Shown here one piece after another: positions 10,216 to 22,431 of a stretch of DNA of 64,000 nt. The translations under genes and the position numbers were made by a program. The notes under the pieces are model-generated. The model saw nothing but the letters and a program-made list of their open reading frames with translations, was not told where the DNA came from and did no database searches. Position 1 is the first letter of the stretch, and each line of letters starts with the position of its first letter. The stretch is from Bacteriovoracia bacterium (GTDB taxonomy: Bacteria > Bdellovibrionota > UBA1018 > JBFWNL01): NCBI GenBank assembly GCA_050251055.1, contig JBFWNL010000001.1, positions 523,825 to 587,824 on the forward strand. The letters run 5' to 3'.

Positions 10216-10794
10216 CTAAATCGAATCCTTGAGAGCTTGTTTCAAACAAGCCAACTGGGAGTACTGATCGGTGCCGGCCATACAAGCGCGCTTCGTGACC
10301 TTCAAGCCGCGCTCCCCTAAGTCATCGATCAGCTTCGCCACGCACGGTACCGCGAACTGCGGGGTGTTTTCGAAGGGCTCGCACGCCACGAATGCGTAAT
10401 CATAAAGCGTCTGTCCGGACGTAATCGCGGTGATCCCCTTAGTAAGGCAAGGGGCGATGTAGCTGTACCAATCCTTCGGGGTGGGGACGGCACTGCATGC
10501 GCTTGCGATGGCACTGAGCTCTTTAATGAATCCAGCGGTCAATCCGACGGCATTTACATGGTCGCTCGTGATCAGGTAAATGCCTTTAGAAATGCAAGGC
10601 GCTACAAACTGATAGTTTTGGTCAGCGTTTGGAATTGCGTTGCAGGCGGCGATCACTAAATTCAGGCTTTTCTTCGCCGCAGCCAGCTCGTTCGCGTCTT
10701 CTGCATTGTCAAAACCCAAAGCCAAACCAGGCCCGCCTGAAACGACCACCAGCAGTGCCAGCCAAAAAAGTCGAACGAAAGAATCCCGAATCAT
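10216..10794 (-). CDS. Secreted Cys-rich hypothetical protein with internal repeats
   Basis: Signal peptide; AC-x13-APC..KGI repeated twice; SD GAGGAGG; stop abuts the next start. Confidence 0.75.
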   Translation of the reverse strand: MIRDSFVRLFWLALLVVVSGGPGLALGFDNAEDANELAAAKKSLNLVIAACNAIPNADQNYQFVAPCISKGIYLITSDHVNAVGLTAGFIKELSAIASACSAVPTPKDWYSYIAPCLTKGITAITSGQTLYDYAFVACEPFENTPQFAVPCVAKLIDDLGERGLKVTKRACMAGTDQYSQLACLKQALKDSI

Positions 10795-10998
10795 CTCCGC
10801 CTCCTCACTTAAATGATACGCATAGCGTCATATTCGATTTAGACGCATATAGTCAACCCAGAATCCCCAACGGAAAAGCAAAATCCCTCCTTGGCATCCC
10901 TGGCAAATTTCAGAAACCTTTTGACCACTTGCAAGAATCCGGTATCCTTAAACAAAGGTCGTTTATAGCTGTTTTCGCCCTCGGGAGGGGCCCACACC

Positions 10999-11697
10999 AT
11001 GGGACAAGAAGTCGCCAACACTGCCATTCAAAGCGGAAGCTTTCTGACCGGATTCATCAAAGCATTCAAGGACGCCGTCGACGCCGGGGAACCGTGGCTG
11101 TTCTTCATCGCGATCGCCTTCGCCTTCGCGGTGGGCTTTGCGCTCGAGCGTTTCTGGCGCCTGTTTTTCCAATTAAATATCGATGGCCAGTCGTTCATGT
11201 TCGACGTGCAAAAGCACATCCTGGCCAACGACATTGAGGGCGCGATCCGCGTCTGCAACGGGGCGAGCGCCGCGGCATTGCCGAAAGTCATCAAGGCCGG
11301 CCTACAGCGCGCCTCCCGCACCGATGAACAAATTCAAAACGCCATCGATGCGGTCAGTCTCGAGATGATTCCCAAACTCGAAAAGCGCCTAGGCTACCTC
11401 GCGTTGATCGCGAACGTCGCTACCCTCTTGGGCCTCTTAGGCACGATCGCGGGTCTGATCAAATCGTTTAACGCCATCGGTGAAGCCAAGGACGCCATCC
11501 AGCGGCAGGCACTGCTGGGCCAGGGGATCGCCGAAGCCATGAACGCGACGGCCTTCGGTTTGATCACCGCCATCTTCGCGATGATCGCCCATAGCATCCT
11601 CACGAACAAGGCGACGAAGATCCTCGAGGAAATCGACGAGTTCGGCGTGAAGCTCATGGACCTACTGTCGGCCCGCAAGAACAAAGCGGAGAGCTGA
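10999..11697 (+). CDS. MotA/TolQ/ExbB proton channel protein (AglR-like)
   Basis: ATLLGLLGTIAGLI and GIAEAMNATAFGL motifs. Confidence 0.93.
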   Translation: MGQEVANTAIQSGSFLTGFIKAFKDAVDAGEPWLFFIAIAFAFAVGFALERFWRLFFQLNIDGQSFMFDVQKHILANDIEGAIRVCNGASAAALPKVIKAGLQRASRTDEQIQNAIDAVSLEMIPKLEKRLGYLALIANVATLLGLLGTIAGLIKSFNAIGEAKDAIQRQALLGQGIAEAMNATAFGLITAIFAMIAHSILTNKATKILEEIDEFGVKLMDLLSARKNKAES

Positions 11698-11700
11698 TCG

Positions 11701-12246
11701 TTGTTTAAGCGCCCAACTTCCCGCCGCAAGACCAAGAAAGGCCCGGTGACGCTCAACCTGGTGCCGATGCTCGACGCGCTCATCACGTTGATCGCGTTCC
11801 TGCTTTACACTATGTCGTTCCTGGTCTTAGTGAGCATCGAGTCGCCCGTGCCGTTTGCCAGCACGAAATCGGTGGAAGAGAAGTTACGGGAAAAGCCCCT
11901 GCAGCTCACCCTCAGCATCATGGCTAACGAGGTGCAGATCTGGAGTCCCTTCGATCGCATCCCCGTGAAAACGATCCCGAACCAGGGCGGCGGCCAACCC
12001 AATTACAACGAGATCCACAACTCGCTCGTGGGGGTGAAACAACAGTTCCCGCACGAGAACCAGATCGTCTTCGTCCCGCAGCCGGGCTCGAACTACGATA
12101 TCCTGGTGCAGCTGATGGACATCTCACGACTGCTCGACGCGGGTGATCCGCCGATCTTCCTCAAGGGCAAGGACGGCCATCCCGATCAACCCGTGACCAA
12201 GCTCTTCGACAAGATCATCTTCGGCAACCTCCTGGGGGACAACTAA
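11701..12246 (+). CDS. ExbD/TolR family protein (AglQ-like)
   Basis: LNLVPMLD TM with the conserved Asp; Y..LV.LMD motif. Confidence 0.88.
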   Translation: MFKRPTSRRKTKKGPVTLNLVPMLDALITLIAFLLYTMSFLVLVSIESPVPFASTKSVEEKLREKPLQLTLSIMANEVQIWSPFDRIPVKTIPNQGGGQPNYNEIHNSLVGVKQQFPHENQIVFVPQPGSNYDILVQLMDISRLLDAGDPPIFLKGKDGHPDQPVTKLFDKIIFGNLLGDN

Positions 12247-12247
12247 G

Positions 12248-12832
12248 ATGCCTCGCCGCTTAAGCATCCGTGACCGCCGCGGCCGCAAGAATCTATCCCA
12301 AGAGTTCGATCTCCAGCTCACGAGCTTGCTCGACGTGATGGTCATCATCCTGGTGTTCATGCTCAAGAGCGCGACGGTCAGCACCAACACGTTCCTCACC
12401 GCGCCAGGCGTACAACTTCCGATTTCCGGTTCGCAGGACTTTCCGGCGGAGAGCGTGCATCTGATCGTCACCCCCGAAGCCATCCTGTTTGAAAACGCTC
12501 GCGTCGTGGACTTCGCGCAGAGCGCGGACGCCGTAGCCGACCAAGCGAAGGCCTCCCAGTATAAGTTCCAGAGCAAGGACCTCGATGAAGGCGGCAAACG
12601 CATCCTGCCTTTGTATGATGCGCTCCTAAAGGCTAAGGAAAAAGACGAGTTTCTTCGCACGAAGTCGCGCGCGCGCGACGAACAAGGCAACCCCCTACCC
12701 TTCGAAGGGGTGCTCGCCATCCAGGCCGATAAGCACGTGAACTACGAAGTGCTCCGCAAGGTGATGTACACGGCGGCCTCCGCCGGCTACAAGGTCTTCA
12801 ATTTCCTTGCGATGAATCGCGACCGACGCTAA
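12248..12832 (+). CDS. ExbD/TolR family protein (AglS-like)
   Basis: LQLTSLLDVMVIILVFMLKS TM; IQADKHVNYEVLRKVMYTA. Confidence 0.88.
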   Translation: MPRRLSIRDRRGRKNLSQEFDLQLTSLLDVMVIILVFMLKSATVSTNTFLTAPGVQLPISGSQDFPAESVHLIVTPEAILFENARVVDFAQSADAVADQAKASQYKFQSKDLDEGGKRILPLYDALLKAKEKDEFLRTKSRARDEQGNPLPFEGVLAIQADKHVNYEVLRKVMYTAASAGYKVFNFLAMNRDRR

Positions 12833-12842
12833 ACCTGTCCCC

Positions 12843-14657
12843 ATGGAGCGTTTTGCCAGGAAAGCCGCGACATTACTGAATCGCTTGCCCGAGTTAACCA
12901 ACGCTTTGGGCGCTCCCGTCGAGGCCTCCCAGCTCGAAATCCCCGCCGATCGCACGCTAGGTGACTTCGCGTTCCCATGTTTCCGCCTGGCAAAATCCAT
13001 GGGCAAAGCTCCGCCCCAAATCGCCAAAGACTTGGTCGCGAAGCTCCCGCCGGAGGCGGATGGCCTGCGCGTGGTGGCGACCGGCCCTTACATCAATTTT
13101 CAGATTTTGGATTCCGCGACCCTGGGCGCCCTATTGCAGGACATCTTGGCCGGCCCGGGCGTGGGAACCTATGGTCAGGTCGCGGCGAACTCGCGGCTGA
13201 CCTGGGTGCTCGAATACAGCTCCCCCAACCTTGCCAAGCATTTTCAGATTTACCACCTGCGCCCAACCGCGCTCGGCGCGGCGCTCGATCGCATTGGCCG
13301 TTATCGCGGCCATAAGATGATTACGGTGAATCACCTGGGCGACTGGGGCACGCAGTGGGGCAAGCTCGCCATCGCGTACGACATGTTCAAGGCGGAGCTC
13401 CCCGCGCAGCCCTCCATTGGCGAATTGGTCGACATCTACGTGAAGTTCCACGCGGCGGCCGAAAAAGATCCGACCCTGGAGGATCGCGCGCGCGAGGCCT
13501 CGCTGAAGCTCGAGCAAGGCGATCCCAAGATGGTCGCGCTCTGGAAACAAGTCGTGGACGTTTCGCTCGCGCAGTTCCAGCGTATCTACGGGCGGCTGGG
13601 TATCCGCTTCGACCATTACTGGGGCGAGAGTCATTATAAGGATATGACCGGCCCCCTGATTGAGGACTGGAAAAAGCGCGGGATCTTGGTGCAAAGCGAG
13701 GGCGCCTGGGTCGTCCCGGTGACCGACGAAAAAGGCAAGGAGCTGCCTCCCTGCATCCTGCAGCGAAGCGATGGCGCGACGATCTATGCCACGCGTGACG
13801 TCGCCGCCGCGATCTACCGCCACGACCAATTCAAATTCGACCGCATGAGCTACATCGTGGGCTCGGAGCAGAAGCTTCACTTCCAGCAGTTTTTCCAAGC
13901 CCTGAAGAAAGCCGGCCACGCCTGGGTCGACCGCTGCGAGCACATCCCTACCGGCATTTACCGTTTCAAAGACGCCAAGATGTCCACCCGCAAGGGCAAC
14001 TTCGTGACATTGGAAGATGTGCTGGATCTTGCAAACGAGCGCGCGCGCGAGCTCATGAGCAGACGCCATGCCGAACAAGCCGCCAAGGCCGCGGCTTCCG
14101 GGGATGAGAGCGCGGCGGCTTCGGTCGGCGGCGCCAACCCCCAGGACAAGGATTTTTCCCAGATCGCCGAACAGGTGGGTACCGGCGCGGTCGTGTTCTC
14201 TGATCTCAGCACCGATCCCGCGCGCGACGTGATGTTCGAGCTCGAGCGCGTGGTCGACTTCGAGGGCGAGACCGGGCCTTATCTTCAATACGCGCACACG
14301 CGGTGCCTGAGCATCATCCGTAAAGCGCGCGAGCGCGGCGAGCTCAAGACCGAGATGCCGGTGTTCACGGCCGAAGCGGCGGCGCGCCTGACCGCCCCCC
14401 AGGAGGTTCACCTGCTGAAGACTCTCGGACAATTCCCGTTGCAGCTAGAGCGCACGCTCGAGATGCGCAAGGCAAGCCAGCTCTCCCACTTCCTCATCGA
14501 CGTCACGAAAGACTTCGGCGCGTTTTACCGCGAATGCCGCGTGCTGGGCGAAGCGCCCGCGACGACCGAGGCCCGCCTACTCTTGGTCGAGGCTACCCGC
14601 CGCGTGCTCGCCCAGGGGTTGCGGCTGCTCGGAATCCCCATGCCGGCCCGCATGTAG
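12843..14657 (+). CDS. argS: Arginine--tRNA ligase
   Basis: GDFAFPCF, EYSSPN, NHLGDWGTQ, KMSTRKGN, GETGPYLQYAH, LLGI...RM C-terminus. Confidence 0.97.
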   Translation: MERFARKAATLLNRLPELTNALGAPVEASQLEIPADRTLGDFAFPCFRLAKSMGKAPPQIAKDLVAKLPPEADGLRVVATGPYINFQILDSATLGALLQDILAGPGVGTYGQVAANSRLTWVLEYSSPNLAKHFQIYHLRPTALGAALDRIGRYRGHKMITVNHLGDWGTQWGKLAIAYDMFKAELPAQPSIGELVDIYVKFHAAAEKDPTLEDRAREASLKLEQGDPKMVALWKQVVDVSLAQFQRIYGRLGIRFDHYWGESHYKDMTGPLIEDWKKRGILVQSEGAWVVPVTDEKGKELPPCILQRSDGATIYATRDVAAAIYRHDQFKFDRMSYIVGSEQKLHFQQFFQALKKAGHAWVDRCEHIPTGIYRFKDAKMSTRKGNFVTLEDVLDLANERARELMSRRHAEQAAKAAASGDESAAASVGGANPQDKDFSQIAEQVGTGAVVFSDLSTDPARDVMFELERVVDFEGETGPYLQYAHTRCLSIIRKARERGELKTEMPVFTAEAAARLTAPQEVHLLKTLGQFPLQLERTLEMRKASQLSHFLIDVTKDFGAFYRECRVLGEAPATTEARLLLVEATRRVLAQGLRLLGIPMPARM

Positions 14658-14755
14658 CCCTTTTCCCTGTTTTAACATATTAAAATTATTATATAATTAA
14701 TAATACTTGATATTGTTAATAAACACTGCGAGAATTACAACTCGGGGTGCTATAA

Positions 14756-16144
14756 ATGAAACCATCCTTTGCCCGCACCATTACACTCCTCACCCTCGTC
14801 GCCGGCTCTGCCGCCTCCCTTTCGGCCTGCAGCGGCACCCAGGATCAATTCTTCGCACCCCTCCCCGGCCGCGGGCCTCGCGGCAATAACCCCGTCAGTG
14901 AAACGTTACGCAGCATCAAACCCGCGCTCGCCGTGCGCGGAATTTCCTGCCTGATGTGCCACGCGACCATCCAGTCCGATGTCATTACCGACTTCGGCGC
15001 GGGCGATCCGTGGTTCATGGGCGCGCATAGCTACGGTCTGGGCGCGGATTTTTACGGCAATCCTTATGATGGCTGGGCATCGTTAGGCGCCAGCAACCCA
15101 AACTACACCGCGGGCAGCCGCAATCCGGCAATGGCCAACACCGTCAACGGCAGCATCATCGTCCCCCGGGTCGAAATCAATCAAGCCGCCGTATTGTCCT
15201 CGATGACTCCGCCGGGTGGCCCGGCGCCGACGCCCCTTTGGTTGCGCGACTTCATGATGAACGACTACTACGCGCCCAACTACGGCGCCGCCACCCCGGC
15301 CCTTCGCCCGGCGATGGCGGCGGTAGCGACTCCTGCATCCGGCCGGGACGCCGTGATTGAAAAAGACACGATGTACATTGGCGCGCCTACGCGAGCGGAA
15401 ATCCTGGCACTGGCGCCCAAGCTGGATAGCGCTGAGACCACGCCGGCGTACGCATTCGAGCCTAACTCTGAAACTTCGCCCGAACTCAGCGGCCTGGAGA
15501 TTACCGGCAACGTAAACGCACAGTACCTGCGGAACCAGGCTGGCACTCACCTTGTCTGTCACGGCGATCTCGTCGTGCGCGGCACGGTGTTCCTAAAAAA
15601 TGCGGTCGTCGAAACCGACGCCGATGGCTGCCGGCTCTACGCCACGGACTCGGTCTTCATCCAAGGTCCGATCACCTACGAGGGCCCCGCCACCGCGAAT
15701 CTCCAGATTTCCAGCGCACGCGCCATCGTCGCGGGCTTCAGCCTCGCCAGCCTAAACGTACGCCTCGTTACCTACCCGTTCGCCCACATGCCGCCTACGC
15801 GCGGGCCGGGGAGCATCGCCGATAAATCAAACGCCATCCTGGCCGACGCCCAGAAAATCGGCGCGGACCTGAAAGACGCGGCCGACGCGGGCCAAGCTTA
15901 TCCTTATACGACCTATACGGACCCGGCCGGTGGCGTACGGACCCGCGTGGCCTTGGGCTTTGAGCATGTCATCTTCAATGCCCCGCAGGTGCACGGACGC
16001 TACTACGGCCCTATCCATGGCGTGATTATCGCCGAAATCGCGCTCTTTGCCGTGGGCGAGCTCCAGTTCCAGTACGACTCCATCTTCAACGAAGTGCCCG
16101 CGTTTCCGCTCTTACAGACCGGAATTCTTGAAGTCTCTCCGTAA
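14756..16144 (+). CDS. Hypothetical lipoprotein with one CxxCH motif and a beta-solenoid-like C-terminal half
   Basis: Lipobox LSAC; SCLMCHA; repeating short beta strands (VCHGDLVVRGTVFLKN...VFIQGPITY). Confidence 0.75.
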   Translation: MKPSFARTITLLTLVAGSAASLSACSGTQDQFFAPLPGRGPRGNNPVSETLRSIKPALAVRGISCLMCHATIQSDVITDFGAGDPWFMGAHSYGLGADFYGNPYDGWASLGASNPNYTAGSRNPAMANTVNGSIIVPRVEINQAAVLSSMTPPGGPAPTPLWLRDFMMNDYYAPNYGAATPALRPAMAAVATPASGRDAVIEKDTMYIGAPTRAEILALAPKLDSAETTPAYAFEPNSETSPELSGLEITGNVNAQYLRNQAGTHLVCHGDLVVRGTVFLKNAVVETDADGCRLYATDSVFIQGPITYEGPATANLQISSARAIVAGFSLASLNVRLVTYPFAHMPPTRGPGSIADKSNAILADAQKIGADLKDAADAGQAYPYTTYTDPAGGVRTRVALGFEHVIFNAPQVHGRYYGPIHGVIIAEIALFAVGELQFQYDSIFNEVPAFPLLQTGILEVSP

Positions 16145-16158
16145 GCAGAGGGAAGGCT

Positions 16159-17877
16159 TCAGGCCCGCACCGAAATAAGCTTGAATTGATCGACGTCCAC
16201 TAGTCCGCGATCGGTAAGCTTCAGCGAAGGGATAACAGGCAAGGACAGAAACGCCAACTGCAAGAAGGGCTCGACGAGTTCACACCCAATTGCCCTGGAG
16301 GCGGCCTTCAAATCCACGAGGCTATGCTTCAGCTCCGCGGGCGTCCTCTCCGACATGAGCCCGCCAAATGGCAGCGGCAACCGGGAAAGCACTTCCTGGT
16401 CGCGAGCCACGCAAAAACCTCCGCCACTCTCGATGAGGGCCGCGAGCGCGGTTCGCATGCTCTCCAGCTTATCCCCCACCACGATGAGATTGTGGCTGTC
16501 GTGTCCTACGCTCGAAGCAATCGCCCCCCGAAGGCTTCCACCAAAACCACGGACGTAGGCGTTGGCGGGCCGGCGTCCATGTCCGTAACGCTCGAGCACC
16601 GAAATACGCGCAACCCCACTCGCGTCATGCGCATCCACCGAACGCTCGGTGATGATCTTGCCGGCAAGGACTTCCATCACGTGCACTTGCCCTGCAGGTC
16701 CTTCAAGATCACGCGCGTGGGGAGTCCTGGCTCGTAAGGTGTTACGAAGATCAGCCTTTACGGCTTGGGCCCGGGGGATCTCGGAGGCGAGTCGGCCCGA
16801 CTTGAACGCCTCCGCGACCGCGCAGGATTTAAGGTCGGAGAGCAAAATAAAGTCCGCGCCATAACCCGGCGCGATCGCGCCAATGCGCTCACGATTCGGC
16901 GCCACGCGATCAAGCCCGTAGTGACGCGCGACCGTCCAGGAAGCGCTTCGATACGTAACCTCCGGCGCGACCCCCAGCCGCATCGCCTTGCGCACGAGGT
17001 GATCAACGTGACCCTCCTCGGCGATATCCAAGGGATTGCGATCATCGGTGCAAAACCCTACCGAGGAGGACGATCCCAGATCCAAAACCGGCAGCAAGGC
17101 CTCCAGATCCTTGGCCACGCTACCCTCTCGGATCCAGACTGAAATTCCTTTCGTCAGTTTTTCGCGCGCTTCTTCTAGCTCTGAACTTTCGTGGCAGCTC
17201 GTAATCCCCGACGCCGCGTACGCGGAAAGCGCTTGGCCGCGCAAGAGAGGACTATGACCATCGATTGGGCGACCGGAAAAGCCCACGAGCTTCGCCAAGA
17301 TCTTCGGATCCGCCGCGAGCACGCCCGGTATGTTCATCATTTCGGCCAGACCCAACGCGCGTGGATGCCGCCCCAGTTTCGTAAGCGCGGTCGCTTCGAT
17401 CGCTCCTCCCCCATTTGTTTCCAAATGGGTGGCGGGTACGCAGGAACTCATCATCACCCACAAATCCATCGTCAAACGGTCCGCCGAATCGAGAAAATAC
17501 TGAATCCCCTTGGGTCCCACGACATTCGCCAGCTCGTGGGGGTCGCAGATCGCGGTGGTCGTGCCCTTCGGCAGTACCGCCGCCTCGAAATAAGGTGGAA
17601 GCATCAGAGAGCTCTCTAGATGCACGTGCGCGTCGATAAACCCCGGGACGACCCACTTCCCACGTCCCTCAATCGTACGCTTCGCTTTAAGCCCAGGCTC
17701 TAACCCCACGATCACGCCATCCTTGACGGCGATATCACCACGCCGGAAGCGGGCGGAAAAGACATCGAGATACTGCACGTCCCGGATGAGTAGGTCGCAA
17801 GGCACGCGACCCTGCGCGGCTTCGAGCCGACGCCGGAGCTTTTTCCGAAAGTGGGACGACGATTGTTTCGCGGACAT
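16159..17877 (-). CDS. ade: Adenine deaminase
   Basis: PGFIDAHVHLESS, DPHELANV, REGS, FCTDD, HDSHN, LPVIPSLKLTDRGL. Confidence 0.95.
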   Translation of the reverse strand: MSAKQSSSHFRKKLRRRLEAAQGRVPCDLLIRDVQYLDVFSARFRRGDIAVKDGVIVGLEPGLKAKRTIEGRGKWVVPGFIDAHVHLESSLMLPPYFEAAVLPKGTTTAICDPHELANVVGPKGIQYFLDSADRLTMDLWVMMSSCVPATHLETNGGGAIEATALTKLGRHPRALGLAEMMNIPGVLAADPKILAKLVGFSGRPIDGHSPLLRGQALSAYAASGITSCHESSELEEAREKLTKGISVWIREGSVAKDLEALLPVLDLGSSSSVGFCTDDRNPLDIAEEGHVDHLVRKAMRLGVAPEVTYRSASWTVARHYGLDRVAPNRERIGAIAPGYGADFILLSDLKSCAVAEAFKSGRLASEIPRAQAVKADLRNTLRARTPHARDLEGPAGQVHVMEVLAGKIITERSVDAHDASGVARISVLERYGHGRRPANAYVRGFGGSLRGAIASSVGHDSHNLIVVGDKLESMRTALAALIESGGGFCVARDQEVLSRLPLPFGGLMSERTPAELKHSLVDLKAASRAIGCELVEPFLQLAFLSLPVIPSLKLTDRGLVDVDQFKLISVRA

Positions 17878-17913
17878 AAAACCTCTAATACCGCCGGGGT
17901 CGCCGCCCCGCGG

Positions 17914-18683
17914 TTACATCGCGCCTTCGCTGCGCTTTTCTTCGGAAGGCTGCGCGAGCGCGCGCAGGTACTCGAGCTTCATGCGCGCGATGTGCTCGAG
18001 CGAAATCTGCTTCGGGCACGCGGCTTCGCAGTCACCGATATTCGTGCAGTGGCCAAAGCCTTCCTTGTCCATCTGCTCGACCATGCGACGCACCCGGCGT
18101 ACCCGCTCGATACGGCCTTGGGGCAGGAGCACCATTTGGGAAATCTTCGCGGCCGTGAAAAGTGACGCCGAAGCATTGGGGCACGCGGCCACGCAAGCGC
18201 CGCAGCCAATGCAAGCGGCGGCGTCCATGGCTTTGTCCGCCTCCACCTTGCCGATCAAATTGGCGTTCGCGTCCGGATGCGGACCGCTTTTGGTCGATAC
18301 ATAGCCGCCGGCGGCGATGATATTGTCGAATGCCGCGCGATCAACCACGAGATCCTTCACGACGGGAAAGGCGCGCGCGCGCCACGGTTCGATCGTGATG
18401 ACGTCGCCGTCTTTAAACGAGCGCATATGCAGCTGGCAAGTCGCGCACCCCAGTTGGGGCCCGTGCGGCTGCCCGTTGATCACCAAGCTGCACATGCCGC
18501 AGATACCCTCGCGGCAGTCGCTGTCAAACTCCACCGGCTCTTGCCCGGCCTTGATGAGATTTTCGTTCAGCAGATCGAGCATCTCGAGAAACGACATGTC
18601 GGCGCTGACGCCCTTCATGTCGTAAGTCTCCATCTTGCCTACGCGATCCGAGCCCGCTTGTCGCCAAATCTTGAGGGTAAGGT

Positions 18684-18687
<4 letters not shown>
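17914..18687 (-). CDS. sdhB: Succinate dehydrogenase/fumarate reductase Fe-S subunit
   Basis: [33 protein letters not shown]. Confidence 0.96.
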
Positions 18688-20617
<1,930 letters not shown>

Positions 20618-20621
<4 letters not shown>

Positions 20622-21316
20622 GGCGTGCCTCCCACGTACATGTAAATGGGGATGATGAAAAACCCCCCTGCGAGCAGGATCGCCAACACGAGACTCGCCT
20701 TATATACGTGCGAGGAAAATCCCTGGTGGGTCACGCCCATCGATTGGAATGCGCTCCAGATCCCGTGACGAAGGTGAAAGCCCAGGACGAGCATGCAGGC
20801 GCAGTAAAGCGCGACGTACCAAGGATTTTGGAAGGTCTCGGCGACCAGACGGTACATGTCCCGGATCGGCCGGTCCGGATTGGACGTGTCAACGTACCCC
20901 TGCTGCACGCCCGCGCCCAACTTGAACTGCAAAATATGAAATACCAAGAAGGCCGCCAGAAACGCGCCCAGCAAACCCATGTTACGTGAAGAAAGCGTCG
21001 ACTTCGAAGGCCCGCCCTTCGTGCGCTCGACCGCGTATCCGACGGGGCGCGCACGCTTGGATTCCAAGCTCAGCGAAACGGATGCCCAGATGTGAACGAG
21101 GAACATGAGAGCCAAGCCCACTTCCGCGACCTCGAGCAGCCAACCATAATTGGCCAAGCTCTGCGTGTATTGATTGATGGGACCGGGAACCAGCGCCAGG
21201 AGATTGAAATTACCCACGAGGTGCGTGATGACGAAACCGACCAACCCCAACCCCGTGACCGCCATAATGTACTTCTTCCCCACGGAAGAAGTCACTGCCT
21301 TCAAGAATGGGTTCAT
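20618..21316 (-). CDS. sdhC: Succinate dehydrogenase cytochrome b558 subunit
   Basis: [33 protein letters not shown]; translationally coupled to sdhA. Confidence 0.93.
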
Positions 21317-21360
21317 TCTTAAATAACAACGCTTTCCCGTGAGAGTGTCAATGATAATGT

Positions 21361-22431
21361 CTACTTAGTGCGGCGCAAAAAGAAATCCACGCCCATGTCC
21401 AGGCTTTGGGCTTTGATTACCCACTCCCCCCGGATTTGCTCCATCCGTGCGGAGAAATCGAAATCGACCGTGGAAGAAGCGGATGGCGATACCGCCGGCG
21501 AGGAAGCCGTGGGGGCCGGAGCGGGAAGCGATAGATTCGTGCGCTTGAAAACCCCTTTGGCGAGACTGTCGGAAAGCCCGCCACGGGCCAGGAACGTCAA
21601 AGGGGCGTCAGCGGCGGGTTTCGCGCGCTCCACCCTCACGAGCTTCAACTTGCGCCCCCCTTGATCTGGCAGTTCAATCTCTCCTTCGAGCGACGGGTGG
21701 TCCTTCCCCAGGTTGATGATCAAGAGCGTGACTCGCTCCGTGACAAACCCTGGGGACGCTTTCGCGTCGGCTTTAGCGACCGCCTTGCCGCCCTTCTGGC
21801 TCACCGCCTTGGGTTCCCATTTCGGATCGAGCATTACCGCGGTCCCCGTCCACGAACCTTCCCAAGGGGGATCGGTCTTGGCGCCATCGCGGATAGGCAG
21901 CTCTTGAAACTTACCCTGCAGGCGCGCGTGCACCCACGTTTCTTTTTCATTTTGTTTATACTGCGTCAGGGTCTCGCGTACCGCCGCGCTATCGGGCATG
22001 AAATCCTGGATCGCTTTCGCCGCAAGAAAACGCGTCTGTACGTCCTCGTGCGTGAGAAAGCTTGAGACGAACGGAAGCTCCTTCACGCCTTGCGCGCGCG
22101 CGAGGGACGCCAGCGCCGTATGACGAATGGCCGAGGGGCCATCCGTCGCCTGGCGTTTCAAAAAATCCGCCGCGTCGGCGTCGTCGAACCATTGCAGACC
22201 GTTCAGCAACCGTACGCGCCGATAAGTCGCGCTCGTTTCTTCAAACATCTTGATGATCACGGCCGACGTGCCGGCGCCCATGCTACGCCAAGTTTCTGCG
22301 GTTTCGGTCGGATGCCGTTGGCTGAGCACCTCGTTGATCGAGTGGCGAATTTCTGTTTCACCGGCGTAAGCCCGCGCACCAAGCCCCGCGCCGTCGAACA
22401 GCCAAAAGCCCAACGCGAGCCAGATCACCAT
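21361..22431 (-). CDS. Exported HEAT-repeat protein
   Basis: Start at MVIWLALG, overlapping the upstream stop; signal peptide (AYA-G); HEAT-like units (IRHTALASLA, TRFLAAKAI). Confidence 0.7.
   Translation of the reverse strand: MVIWLALGFWLFDGAGLGARAYAGETEIRHSINEVLSQRHPTETAETWRSMGAGTSAVIIKMFEETSATYRRVRLLNGLQWFDDADAADFLKRQATDGPSAIRHTALASLARAQGVKELPFVSSFLTHEDVQTRFLAAKAIQDFMPDSAAVRETLTQYKQNEKETWVHARLQGKFQELPIRDGAKTDPPWEGSWTGTAVMLDPKWEPKAVSQKGGKAVAKADAKASPGFVTERVTLLIINLGKDHPSLEGEIELPDQGGRKLKLVRVERAKPAADAPLTFLARGGLSDSLAKGVFKRTNLSLPAPAPTASSPAVSPSASSTVDFDFSARMEQIRGEWVIKAQSLDMGVDFFLRRTK

Noticed and set aside
13131-14432. Long antisense ORFs (also 19401..20645, 56608..57840, 58357..59463, 59878..60843)
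   Set aside because: They are shadows of well-supported genes on the opposite strand, as expected at high GC
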